Below, piece by piece: positions 9,476 through 18,124 of a stretch of 44,091 nucleotides of DNA. The notes beneath the pieces are model-generated. The model did not search any database. It was not told the origin of the DNA and saw only the letters and a list, made by a program, of their open reading frames with translations. The DNA comes from Isoptericola halotolerans (GTDB lineage Bacteria > Actinomycetota > Actinomycetes > Actinomycetales > Cellulomonadaceae). The DNA is taken from positions 496,001-540,091 of the forward strand of contig NZ_JABEZU010000003.1 in the NCBI RefSeq assembly GCF_013149785.1. The letters run 5' to 3'. A program made the translations under genes and the position numbers. Each line of letters starts with the position of its first letter. Position 1 is the stretch's first letter.

Positions 9476-10308
9476 ACCTGGACCGCGCCCGGGAACAGCT
9501 GCCGGACGCGGTGCACGTCGTAGCGGTCGCCACCGCGCCACTGTCCCGCGGCGCCCCAGTCCGACCGAAGGTGCTCAGGGCGTTCGGCGCCGCGGGGGCG
9601 GAGCACCCGGGCGGTGCCCAGGATCTCCACGAACGCTCGGTGCTCGGCCACGGTGCCCGGCAGGACCGGCCTCAGCGCGCGGACCAGCCCGCCGGCCGTC
9701 GCCTCGGGGTCGAGGTCCTCGATCACGGCCAGGACCCGCTGCAGCAGGGTCCGGTCCTCCGCTGTCGGATCGTGCGCAGCAGTCCGCGCGAGCTGTTCGA
9801 GGTCGAACCGGGCGTACACCAGGTCGTCGTGCCGCACGCCGCCCCACTTCAACCGTTCGAAGCTGAGCACGTTGAGGTCGATGTCGCGGTCGACCTGTCG
9901 TGCCGTCAGCTGCCCGTCCGCGGGTGCGTCGCGGCAGGTCTCGCACACGACGTCGGAGCGGGTCACCGTCCCGCCGTCGTCGAGGCCTTCTCCCGCGACC
10001 ACGGGTTGGAAGGCGTGGGGGGTCAGCCGCTCGACCATCGACCACGAGGCCAGTGCGGAGCGCCGGTCCAGCCGTCGTGACGACAGGCTGGCGACGAACC
10101 CGTTCGCGACCACGGATCCGAGCCCGGTGTCCCGGAGCCGCTGGATGCGCGACACGCTCTCGTCATGGGTCCAGGTCACCGGATCGAACATCACGCCATG
10201 ATCCTTGGCGTAGGCGAGATCCTCCGGCGCCGTCTGCCGGTCACCGTCGTCGATCCACCCGTTCGACCAGTAGGTCCGGAACAAGATCCGCTTCGCCCTG
10301 GCATCCAC
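9472..10308 (-). CDS. Hypothetical protein with CxxC motif
   Basis: 278-aa ORF with globular-protein composition (ILFRTYWSNGW, GVMFDP, CETC, LNVLSFERLKWGGVRH, WRGGD); fills the serB-sixA gap. Confidence 0.75.
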   Translation of the reverse strand: MDARAKRILFRTYWSNGWIDDGDRQTAPEDLAYAKDHGVMFDPVTWTHDESVSRIQRLRDTGLGSVVANGFVASLSSRRLDRRSALASWSMVERLTPHAFQPVVAGEGLDDGGTVTRSDVVCETCRDAPADGQLTARQVDRDIDLNVLSFERLKWGGVRHDDLVYARFDLEQLARTAAHDPTAEDRTLLQRVLAVIEDLDPEATAGGLVRALRPVLPGTVAEHRAFVEILGTARVLRPRGAERPEHLRSDWGAAGQWRGGDRYDVHRVRQLFPGAVQV

Positions 10309-10351
10309 CGACCATGAGTACCATCCGTGGGAAGGTTCGCGCGGCGGGCTC

Positions 10352-10915
10352 TCAGCTCGGGCGGCCGACCCGCAGCAGCGTCGCGGACTTCTTGGTCCAC
10401 TCGGACCACGGCTGCTTGGCGGCGTGCAGCACCGAGTAGGTCGCCGTCGGGACCCCGACGCGCACCTGGGCCAGCGCGGCGTCGTCCGACGACTTGTCGG
10501 CCAGATAGGCGGCGGTCGCCGCCATCGTGGGCTCGTGACCGATGATCAGCAACGTCTTGACCTCGGGGGCCACGGAGCGGAGCAGCTCGAGCACGTCGCC
10601 GACGCTCGCCGCGTACAGCTCGTCGCGCACCTCGAAGTCCAGATGGCTGCGGCCCCCGTGGTTGCCGAGGTGTGCCCGAGCCAGCTCCCAGGTCTGCCGC
10701 GTGCGCAGAGCGGACGACACGAGCGTCAGGTCCGGGACGAGGCCCACCGAGGTCAGTGCCATACCGACCCGGCCGGCCTGCTTGCGTCCGTTGAGCGCCA
10801 GGGCCCGATCCACGTCCGGCACCGGCCCCGCGGCAGGTTCCGCCTTCGCATGCCGGAGCAGCACCAGCCGACGCCCCTTCTCCGGGACGTCGGCGGGGTG
10901 CTTCGGCTGCTTCAC
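10352..10915 (-). CDS. sixA: SixA-type histidine phosphatase family protein
   Basis: LVLLRHAKA, DRAL..GR.QA, SSALRTRQT, IGHEP; start GTG 10915 just after the fabI stop. Confidence 0.85.
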   Translation of the reverse strand: MKQPKHPADVPEKGRRLVLLRHAKAEPAAGPVPDVDRALALNGRKQAGRVGMALTSVGLVPDLTLVSSALRTRQTWELARAHLGNHGGRSHLDFEVRDELYAASVGDVLELLRSVAPEVKTLLIIGHEPTMAATAAYLADKSSDDAALAQVRVGVPTATYSVLHAAKQPWSEWTKKSATLLRVGRPS

Positions 10916-10925
10916 GATCGCTCGC

Positions 10926-11693
10926 TCACTGACCCATCGCGTGCACGCCACCGTCGACGTGCACGATCTCGCCCGTCGTCGCCGGGAACCAGTCGGACAG
11001 CAGCGCCACCACCGCGCGGGCGGCGGGCTCCGCCGTCGTCTGGTCCCACCCGAGGGGCGCGCGCCGGGGCCACGCGTCCTCCATCGCCTCGAAACCGGGG
11101 ATGGACTTGGCCGCCGTGGTCCGGATCGGTCCGGCCGAGACCAGGTTCGCCCGGATCCCGGAGGGCCCGAGGTCGCGGGCGAGGTAGCGGTTGGCGGACT
11201 CGAGACCGGCCTTCGCCACCCCCATCCAGTCGTAGACCGGCCAGGCGAACCCGGCGTCGAAGGTCAGGCCGACGTAGGCGCCGCCGGAGGCCATGAGCGG
11301 CTGGGCCGCGGTGATCAGCGACTTGTACGAGAAGGTCGAGACCTGGACCGCGGTGGCGACGTCGTCCCACTCGGCGGCCAGGAAGTTGCCACCCATCACG
11401 CTCTGCGGCGCGAACCCGATGGAGTGGACGACGCCGTCGAGACGGTCGGTGTGCTCGCGCACCTGGTCCGCGAGGGAGTCCAGGTCCTCCGAGCTGGTCA
11501 CGTCGAGCTGGACGACCGGTGCCGTCACGGGAAGTCGCTTCGCGAACGCCTGGGTGAGCTTCATCTGTCGCCCGAACGAGGTCAGGACGACCTCCGCGCC
11601 TTCCTCCTGCGCGAGCCGGGCGGCGTGGAACGCGATCGAGCTGTCCGTCAGGACGCCCGTGATGAGCAACTTCTTGCCGTCGAGCAGAGCCAT
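10926..11693 (-). CDS. fabI: Enoyl-ACP reductase FabI (InhA-like)
   Basis: GKKLLITGVLTDSSIAF, HSIGFAP, YDWMGVAKAGLES, AGPIRT. Confidence 0.95.
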   Translation of the reverse strand: MALLDGKKLLITGVLTDSSIAFHAARLAQEEGAEVVLTSFGRQMKLTQAFAKRLPVTAPVVQLDVTSSEDLDSLADQVREHTDRLDGVVHSIGFAPQSVMGGNFLAAEWDDVATAVQVSTFSYKSLITAAQPLMASGGAYVGLTFDAGFAWPVYDWMGVAKAGLESANRYLARDLGPSGIRANLVSAGPIRTTAAKSIPGFEAMEDAWPRRAPLGWDQTTAEPAARAVVALLSDWFPATTGEIVHVDGGVHAMGQ

Positions 11694-11752
11694 GGTGACC
11701 TTTCAGTGAAGTTCTGGTGGGAGCGTATCGGGCCCTGAGCCCGTTGGACAGT

Positions 11753-12475
11753 TCAGTGACCCATGCCCAGACCGCCGTCGACGGGGACGACCGCGCCGGT
11801 CACGTACCCGGCGGCGTCCGACGCGAGGAACTCCACGACGCCGGCGACCTCGTCAGCAGTCGCGAAGCGGCCCGCAGGGATCGATGCCCGGTACTTCTTC
11901 TGCGTGTCCTCCGGCAGGGCGGCGGTCATGTCGGTCTCCACGAAGCCCGGTGCCACGACGTTGGCCGTGATGCCGCGACCGCCGAGCTCGCGGGAGATCG
12001 AGCGCGCCATGCCGACCAGCGCTGCCTTCGTCGAGGAGTAGTTGACCTGACCCGGTCCGCCGTAGAGGCCGACGACGGAACCGATCAGCACGATACGACC
12101 GGACCGAGCCCTGATCATCGCCTTGGAGGCCCGTCGCACGCAGCGGAACGTGCCGGTGAGGTTGACGTCGACGACCTGCTCGAACTCCTCGTCGCTCATC
12201 CGCATCAGGAGCTGGTCGCGGGTCACGCCCGCGTTGGCGACGAGCACGGTCGGAGCGCCCAGCCGGGCCTCGATCTCGCCGAAGGCGGTGTCGACGGCGG
12301 CACTGTCCGTGACGTCCGCCACGAACCCGTGGACGCCCTCCGGAAGGTCTCCGCCGCGATAGACGGTGGCGACGACGTCGCCCGCCGCGACGAAGCGCTC
12401 CGCGATCGCGCGACCGATACCGCGCGCGGCCCCGGTCACGACCACCACTCGACCGGTTGCTGCCTGTTCTCCCAC
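11753..12475 (-). CDS. fabG: 3-oxoacyl-ACP reductase FabG (MabA-like)
   Basis: TGAARGIG, ANAGVTRD.LLMRM, GQVNYSSTK, VAPGFVETDMT; precedes fabI; GAGAGGAG RBS before GTG 12475. Confidence 0.93.
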   Translation of the reverse strand: MGEQAATGRVVVVTGAARGIGRAIAERFVAAGDVVATVYRGGDLPEGVHGFVADVTDSAAVDTAFGEIEARLGAPTVLVANAGVTRDQLLMRMSDEEFEQVVDVNLTGTFRCVRRASKAMIRARSGRIVLIGSVVGLYGGPGQVNYSSTKAALVGMARSISRELGGRGITANVVAPGFVETDMTAALPEDTQKKYRASIPAGRFATADEVAGVVEFLASDAAGYVTGAVVPVDGGLGMGH

Positions 12476-12595
12476 GGGATGCTCCTCTCGACGACGGGCC
12501 GTCGCGACCCGGGTGCACGGTGGTGCGCCGGTGCGACCGTACCCCGCACCCCGACCGGTCCCGCGCTGACGAGGAGGCACAGGTCGCCGAACGGG

Positions 12596-12614
12596 TTTGT
12601 CGGTTTCCTCCAAA
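12596..12614. promoter_or_regulatory. Candidate PucR-family (MabR/FasR-type) operator upstream of fabG-fabI
   Basis: TTTGT-N9-CCAAA, one mismatch from the TTTGT-N9-ACAAA core; AT-rich patch about 55-75 nt upstream of a TACGGT -10 (minus strand, 12536-12541). Confidence 0.45.
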
Positions 12615-12650
12615 GACCGGAGCTCGCCGCGCCGGACGTAGACTGGTCGG

Positions 12651-13037
12651 GTGAGCACGTCCCGGCCCCACGAGGTCCCCTCGATCACGGGCGTCCCGGC
12701 CAGCCTCGCCGCGGACCAGAACCGGCGCCTGCGCCAGTACCTGTTCCAGATGGGTCTGCGCCTGGTGCTCATCCTCGCGGCTGCCCTGCTGGTCGAGGGC
12801 TGGCTCATGTGGGTCTGCTTCGCGGGCGCCGTCGTGCTCCCCTACTCGGCCGTCCTGCTCGCCAACGCCGGTCGGGACCGCAGCTCGCACGAGTCCTCCG
12901 GCGCGCCTCCGCTGGCGCCCCCGGAGATCGAGGCCACCGCCCCCGCGACCGAGGAGCCGCACATCCGCGTCGTCGACCACGTGGACGCACCGTCCAGCAC
13001 CCCTGCCGACTCCCCCGCCGACCCCGAGGACCGCTGA
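12651..13037 (+). CDS. DUF3099 family membrane protein
   Basis: SIT..PASLAADQNRRLRQYLFQMGLR...GAVVLPYSAVLLANAG pattern; two TM helices; divergent from fabG as usual for this family. Confidence 0.8.
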   Translation: MSTSRPHEVPSITGVPASLAADQNRRLRQYLFQMGLRLVLILAAALLVEGWLMWVCFAGAVVLPYSAVLLANAGRDRSSHESSGAPPLAPPEIEATAPATEEPHIRVVDHVDAPSSTPADSPADPEDR

Positions 13038-13276
13038 TGGACGTGCTCGGGCTGGGCGCCGACCCGGTGGACCCCGACGCACTGGTCTGCTCGGCCAAGG
13101 GCTGCCGGGCCGAGGCCCGGTGGGGGCTGCTGTGGAACAATCCGAAGCTCCACACCCCGGAACGCCGCAAGGTGTGGCTCGCCTGCGACGCCCACCGGGA
13201 ACACCTCGAGCAGTTCCTGGGGATGCGGTCGTTCTGGCGCCAGACCGTCGCCGTCGAGGAACTGGAGCACGTGTGA
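13037..13276 (+). CDS. Small conserved Cys/His protein (putative zinc finger)
   Basis: MDVLG...CSAKGC...LLWNNPKLHTPERRKVWLACDAH...FL; TGATG and GTGA overlaps with both neighbours. Confidence 0.75.
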   Translation: MDVLGLGADPVDPDALVCSAKGCRAEARWGLLWNNPKLHTPERRKVWLACDAHREHLEQFLGMRSFWRQTVAVEELEHV

Positions 13277-14157
13277 GACGGACCCGTCGTCAGTGGGTCA
13301 CGCTCGGGCTCGCCGCGGTACTGCTCGCCTCCCTGTGCGTGCTGGCAGCGTTCTGGCAGTGGCATCGCTACACCGACCGTGTCGAGCAGATCGCCCTCGT
13401 CGAGGCCAACTACACCGCAGAGCCGGTGCCGCTGGCCGGCGTCGTCGGATCCCCCGGCGCCACGCTGGCTGCCGAGGACGAGTGGAGGCCCGTCGTCGTC
13501 GTCGGCGAGTACGTGCCGTCCGGGACGGTGCTGCTGCGCAACCGGCCGGTCAACGGGACGCCCGGGTTCCACCTGATCGTGCCCTTGCGCACGGTGCTCG
13601 ACGGGCAGTCCGTGGTGTTCCTCGTCGATCGCGGCTTCGTGCCGCTCGGCGCTGACGCCGGCCAACCGGCGTCCGTCCCCGCTCCCCCGGTCGGCGAGAT
13701 CGCCGTCACGGTCACCCTGCGCCCGGACGAACCGGCCGCGGACCGTGGCGCCGAGGCCGGGACGGTCTCGCGGATCAACAACGACCAGGTGCTCGCCGCC
13801 GCCGTGGACGGCGGGGCGAGCGTCGTCGCCGACGACGCCACGGTCGGCGCGTACGGCCAGATGCGTTCCGAGGACCCCGCGGCCGCGGAGGCCCTGGTCC
13901 CGGCACCGCGTCCGGACACCGACCCGGGGTCGCACCTCAGCTACGCGTTCCAGTGGGGGATCTTCGCGCTCGGCGCCGTCGGTGGCTTCGTCCTGCTGTG
14001 GCGGCGCGAGACCCGGGTCGCGAGCGTCACGGCCGGTGAGCTCATCGCGGCGGACGAGCCCGACGGCGCGTCACGACCCCGCCGTGAGCGCCGCGCGTCC
14101 CGCCGGACGGACGAGGAGCACGAGGACGCCCTCGTCGACGCGGTTCAGGCCGAGTAG
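13273..14157 (+). CDS. SURF1 family protein
   Basis: N-terminal TM followed by WQWHRY, LRNRPVNGTPGF, LVDRGFVP, and HLSYAFQWGIFA before a C-terminal TM. Confidence 0.88.
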   Translation: MRRTRRQWVTLGLAAVLLASLCVLAAFWQWHRYTDRVEQIALVEANYTAEPVPLAGVVGSPGATLAAEDEWRPVVVVGEYVPSGTVLLRNRPVNGTPGFHLIVPLRTVLDGQSVVFLVDRGFVPLGADAGQPASVPAPPVGEIAVTVTLRPDEPAADRGAEAGTVSRINNDQVLAAAVDGGASVVADDATVGAYGQMRSEDPAAAEALVPAPRPDTDPGSHLSYAFQWGIFALGAVGGFVLLWRRETRVASVTAGELIAADEPDGASRPRRERRASRRTDEEHEDALVDAVQAE

Positions 14158-14232
14158 TCGTCGCCCGAGCCTGCGGCTTCACCCCCGGCGAGCACCTCGT
14201 ACCTCGGCCCTCACCGGCGCCGCGCCTCCGGC

Positions 14233-15831
14233 TCAGGCGAGGGACACCAGCTCGGCGTAGTCGTCCGACCAGAGGTCCTCGTCGCCGTCGGGGAGCAGCA
14301 GCACCCGCTCGGGGTTGAGCGCGTCCACCGCGCCGTCGTCGTGCGTGACCATGATGACGGCGCCCTCGTAGGTGTTCAAGGCCCCGAGGATCTCGGCCCG
14401 CGAGGCAGGGTCGAGGTTGTTGGTCGGCTCGTCCAGCAGCAGGACGTTCGCGCTGGAGACGACGAGCGTGGCCAGCGCGAGACGGGTCTTCTCACCACCG
14501 GAGAGGACGTGCGCCGGCTTGTCGGCGTCGTCCCCGCTGAAGAGGAACGAGCCGAGCGTGGTGCGCACCTGGGTGTCCGTCAGGTCGGGAGCGCTGTGCC
14601 GCAGGTTCTCCACGACGGTGGCGTCCATGTCGAGCATGTCGTGCTCCTGGGCGTAGTAGCCCATCTTGAGCCCGTGGCCGGGCAGCACCTCGCCCGTGTC
14701 GGGCGTCTCGACGCCGGCCAGGATCCGCAGCATCGTCGTCTTGCCCGCACCGTTGAGCCCGAGGATCACCACACGCGACCCGCGGTCGATCGCCAGGTCC
14801 ACCCCGGCGAAGACCTCCAGCGACCCGTAGGTCTTGGACAGCCCGCGCGCCATGAGCGGCGTCTTGCCGCAGGGCGCCGGCTTCGGGAACCGCAGGGCGG
14901 CCACCTTGTCGCTCTGCCGCTCGCCCTCGGTGCCGGCGAGCATGCGCTCGGCACGCTTGATCATGTTCTGCGCGGCGGTCGCCTTGGTGGCCTTGGCCCG
15001 CATCTTGTTGGCCTGGGCCAGCAGCGTGCCGGCCTTCTTCTCGGCGTTCGCGCGCTCGCGGCGACGGCGGCGCTCGTCCTGCTCGCGCTGACCGACGTAG
15101 GCGTCCCAGCCGAGGCTGTACTGGTCCAGCTCGCCACGGTTGGCGTCCAGGTGGAAGACCTTGTTCACCGTCGCGCGCAGCAGCTCGACGTCGTGGGAGA
15201 TCACGATGAAACCGCCCGAGTACGACCTGAGGTACTCACGCAGCCAGACGATCGAGTCGGCGTCGAGGTGGTTCGTGGGCTCGTCCAGCAGCAGCGTGTC
15301 GACGCCGGAGAACAGGATCCGCGCGAGCTCGATGCGGCGGCGCTGACCGCCGGAGAGCGTGTGCAGGGGCTGGGCGAGGATGCGGTCGTCGAGCGCCAGG
15401 TTGCTGGTGATCCGGTGCGCCTCCGACTCCGCGGAGTAGCCGCCGGCCGCGAGGAAGCGGGTCTCGAGCTTCGGGTAGCGCTCCATCGCCGCCTCCTGGA
15501 CGACCGGGTCCTCGCTGGCCATCTCCTTCTCCGCCACCCGCATCTTCGCGACGATCTTGTCCAGGCCCCGGGCGCTGAGCACACGGTCCATCGCGACGAC
15601 GTCGAGGTCGCCGGTGCGGGGGTCCTGCGGCAGGTAGCCGATCTCGTTGCCACGCGTGATCGTGCCGCCCGTCGGCAGGCTGTCGCCCGCGAGGGTCTTG
15701 GTGAGCGTGGTCTTGCCGGCGCCGTTGCGGCCGACGAGGCCGATGCGGTCGCCCGGAGCCACGCGGAACGTGGCCTCGTGCAGCAGGACGCGGGCGCCGA
15801 AGCGCAGCTCGACGCCGTGGGCGGTGATCAA
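14233..15831 (-). CDS. ABC-F family ATPase (two NBDs, no TMD)
   Basis: GRNGAGKT/LSGGQRRR/LLLDEPTNHLD and GLNGAGKT/LSGGEKTR/LLLDEPTNNLD, joined by a helical interdomain linker. Confidence 0.93.
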   Translation of the reverse strand: MITAHGVELRFGARVLLHEATFRVAPGDRIGLVGRNGAGKTTLTKTLAGDSLPTGGTITRGNEIGYLPQDPRTGDLDVVAMDRVLSARGLDKIVAKMRVAEKEMASEDPVVQEAAMERYPKLETRFLAAGGYSAESEAHRITSNLALDDRILAQPLHTLSGGQRRRIELARILFSGVDTLLLDEPTNHLDADSIVWLREYLRSYSGGFIVISHDVELLRATVNKVFHLDANRGELDQYSLGWDAYVGQREQDERRRRRERANAEKKAGTLLAQANKMRAKATKATAAQNMIKRAERMLAGTEGERQSDKVAALRFPKPAPCGKTPLMARGLSKTYGSLEVFAGVDLAIDRGSRVVILGLNGAGKTTMLRILAGVETPDTGEVLPGHGLKMGYYAQEHDMLDMDATVVENLRHSAPDLTDTQVRTTLGSFLFSGDDADKPAHVLSGGEKTRLALATLVVSSANVLLLDEPTNNLDPASRAEILGALNTYEGAVIMVTHDDGAVDALNPERVLLLPDGDEDLWSDDYAELVSLA

Positions 15832-15954
15832 GGCAGAGTGTCCTTCAGAAAGAGGGTGGGGGCTCCGGCGAGTCTAGTGGTCCCGTTCCTGGCTGGCGAC
15901 GACTTACGTCACACGCGCGACGGAGCGGCCCTCCGGGTCGATAGGGTTCCCACC

Positions 15955-17454
15955 GTGCCCCCCGCCGAGGCCCGTGTGCCGCGTACGACGTCGACCGTCC
16001 TCGCCGTCGCCACGGTGCTCGCCGGCCTCGCGGCGCGAGCGCTGCTCCCCACCCCGGTCGGCGGACCGGTGGGCGACATGCTGTACGCGATGCTGCTCGT
16101 GTGGCTCGTCGCTCTCCTCCTCCCCCGCTCGCCGCGGCTCCTCACGTCCGCGATCGCCCTCGCGGTGTGCACGGCGATCGAGGTGTCGCACCTGACCGAC
16201 GTGCCCGCCGGGATCCTCGAGCGTGTGCCCGCCGCGCGCTACGTGCTCGGCACGACCTTCGGGGCGGCGGACCTCGCGTGGTACGGCCTCGGTGCGTTCC
16301 TGGCCGGGGCTCTTCTCGTCGTGGTCTCCCCGCGGGCGGCGGCCGTCGACGACGCGCTGCGGCGCGTGCGTGCGGAGCCGGCCCCCGCCGTCGGGAGGCG
16401 CGTCGCCGCGGTCCTCGTACCGCTCGCCCTGGTGGGCACGGTGGTCGCCGCCGGTGCCGGCGTCGGACGCACGTTGTCGATCGAGGCCGAGGCCCTGGTC
16501 GCACAGGTCGATGCCGCGCGCGTCGTGCTCGACGACTCGGCCGATCGGGTCACCGACGACTCCGTCCGGTCGGCGCTGTCCGGGACGCTCGACGAGGCCG
16601 AGTCGGTGCTGAGTGCGACGCCGGTCCTCGAACGACGTCCCGGCGACGCCGTCGAGATCCGCGGACAGGTCGAGAGATCCGTCGCGGCGGTGCAGGAGTC
16701 CCGCCGAGCGTTCGCGATCACCGCGGCGACGGAGGCCCGAGGACCGCTCGCACCCGCGCGGCAGGCGGCCGCGACGGTGCTGGCGGCCACCGACGAGCTC
16801 GCCGACGAGGGACACGGCGCAGGCCGCCGGGTCCGGACGGCCCTGCGCGACGCCGTCGGCGCCACCGACGACCTGCTCGCGAGCAGTGGGCCCGACCGTC
16901 TGGACGGGATGGCGCTCGGCGAGCTGGAGCACCTCGCTGCCGACCTGGCCGCCCTCCGGGAGGAGGTCGTCGGGGCCACCACGGCACTGATGACCGCCCA
17001 GGACGCCGTCGTCTGCCCGGAGCCCGACCAGCTCTGGTTCCCCGAGGGCGGCCGACTCTCGGACGACGACCTCGCCCCGATCCCCTGGGCACCGCAGCAC
17101 GCGGTGCGCGCCGATCTCGTCGACGGCCTGGTGGCTCTCGACGAGGCGTACCGGGCGGAGTTCGGGCAGCACCTCACGGTCAACTCCGCCTACCGCTCCT
17201 ACGACGACCAGCTCGCGGTGCACGACCCGACGAACCCCAACCCGCTCGCCGCGCCGCCCGGCTGCTCGAACCACGGGCTGGGGACCGCCGTCGACGTCAG
17301 CATGGGGCCCGAGGGGTTCGACGGCGCCCGGTTCTCCTGGATGAAGGCCAACGCGGAGCAGTACGGCTGGACGCACCCGGACTGGGCCGGGCCCGGCGGA
17401 CGGCTCCCGGAACCGTGGCACTGGGAGTCCGTGGAGACACCGGTCGCGTACTGA
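15955..17454 (+). CDS. Fusion: DUF2809-like multi-TM domain + helical spacer + M15B (VanY-like) D-Ala-D-Ala carboxypeptidase domain
   Basis: N-terminus GD.LYA...AIEVSHLT...RYVLGTTF...DLAWYGLG (DUF2809 pattern); C-terminus SAYRSYDDQ, SNHGLGTAVD, EPWHWE (M15 zinc motifs); one uninterrupted 499-aa frame; TAGGGT-N7-GTG start. Confidence 0.8.
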   Translation: MPPAEARVPRTTSTVLAVATVLAGLAARALLPTPVGGPVGDMLYAMLLVWLVALLLPRSPRLLTSAIALAVCTAIEVSHLTDVPAGILERVPAARYVLGTTFGAADLAWYGLGAFLAGALLVVVSPRAAAVDDALRRVRAEPAPAVGRRVAAVLVPLALVGTVVAAGAGVGRTLSIEAEALVAQVDAARVVLDDSADRVTDDSVRSALSGTLDEAESVLSATPVLERRPGDAVEIRGQVERSVAAVQESRRAFAITAATEARGPLAPARQAAATVLAATDELADEGHGAGRRVRTALRDAVGATDDLLASSGPDRLDGMALGELEHLAADLAALREEVVGATTALMTAQDAVVCPEPDQLWFPEGGRLSDDDLAPIPWAPQHAVRADLVDGLVALDEAYRAEFGQHLTVNSAYRSYDDQLAVHDPTNPNPLAAPPGCSNHGLGTAVDVSMGPEGFDGARFSWMKANAEQYGWTHPDWAGPGGRLPEPWHWESVETPVAY

Positions 17455-17500
17455 CGGGCTCCGTCCGGCCGACGTCGGCGGGTCGCCCTACGGTGGAGTC

Positions 17501-18034
17501 GTGACCGAGCCGACTGCCTCGCCGTTCGTGGCGCTGCTGTGCGCGGTCAACGTCGGCGGCACCGGCCGACTGCCGATGAGCGACCTGCGCGATCTGTGCG
17601 CGTCGGTCGGGTTCGGCGCCGTCCGCACCTACATCGCCAGCGGGAACGTCGTGTTCACGGCCAGGCTCGGTGCCGACGGTGCGCGGACCGTCCTCGAGGA
17701 CGCGCTGCGGGAGTACGCGGGCAAGCCCGTGGGCGCGTTGATCAGGACACCGGGCGAGCTGGCGCGCGTCCGGGACGCCAACCCTTTCGCCGGTGCCGTC
17801 CCGAGCCGGGTCGGAGTCACGTTCCTCGACGCCCCGCCCGAGACCGACACCGCGGAGCGTGCCGCCGGGGCGACCGGCGAGCAGATCGCGCTCGGCGCCC
17901 GGGAGATCTACGTCCACTACCCGGACGGGATGGGCCGCAGCCGGCTCCGACTCCCCCCGAGCGCCGGCCGCGCGACGACGCGCAACATGAACACGGTGAC
18001 GAGGCTGGCCGCGCTCGCGGCGGAGGCGAGCTGA
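17501..18034 (+). CDS. DUF1697 family protein
   Basis: FVALLCAVNVGG...MSDLR...VRTYIASGNVVF...NPF...TTRNMNTV. Confidence 0.88.
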   Translation: MTEPTASPFVALLCAVNVGGTGRLPMSDLRDLCASVGFGAVRTYIASGNVVFTARLGADGARTVLEDALREYAGKPVGALIRTPGELARVRDANPFAGAVPSRVGVTFLDAPPETDTAERAAGATGEQIALGAREIYVHYPDGMGRSRLRLPPSAGRATTRNMNTVTRLAALAAEAS

Positions 18035-18078
18035 TCGCCGACGACGGGCACTCTGACCTCGGTCACGGCGGGAAGGTG

Positions 18079-18093
18079 TGAGAATGATTCTCA
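18079..18093. promoter_or_regulatory. Fur-family (probably Zur) operator
   Basis: TGAGAAT-G-ATTCTCA, a perfect 7-1-7 AT-rich inverted repeat 31 nt before the methyltransferase ATG; resembles the actinobacterial Zur consensus TGAAAATGATTTTCA. Confidence 0.65.
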
Positions 18094-18124
18094 TCAACCG
18101 CCACCAGCCGACGGAGGAACCACC

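Noticed and set aside
14233..15831. ABC-F as an antibiotic-resistance (ARE) gene
   Set aside because: Its position near suf/fabG matches a conserved housekeeping actinobacterial ABC-F, and no attenuator leader peptide is evident in the short 5' region; the subfamily cannot be assigned without an HMM.
15897..15913. CRP-like half site (...TTACGTCACA)
   Set aside because: Only one half matches TGTGA-N6-TCACA; too weak to call.
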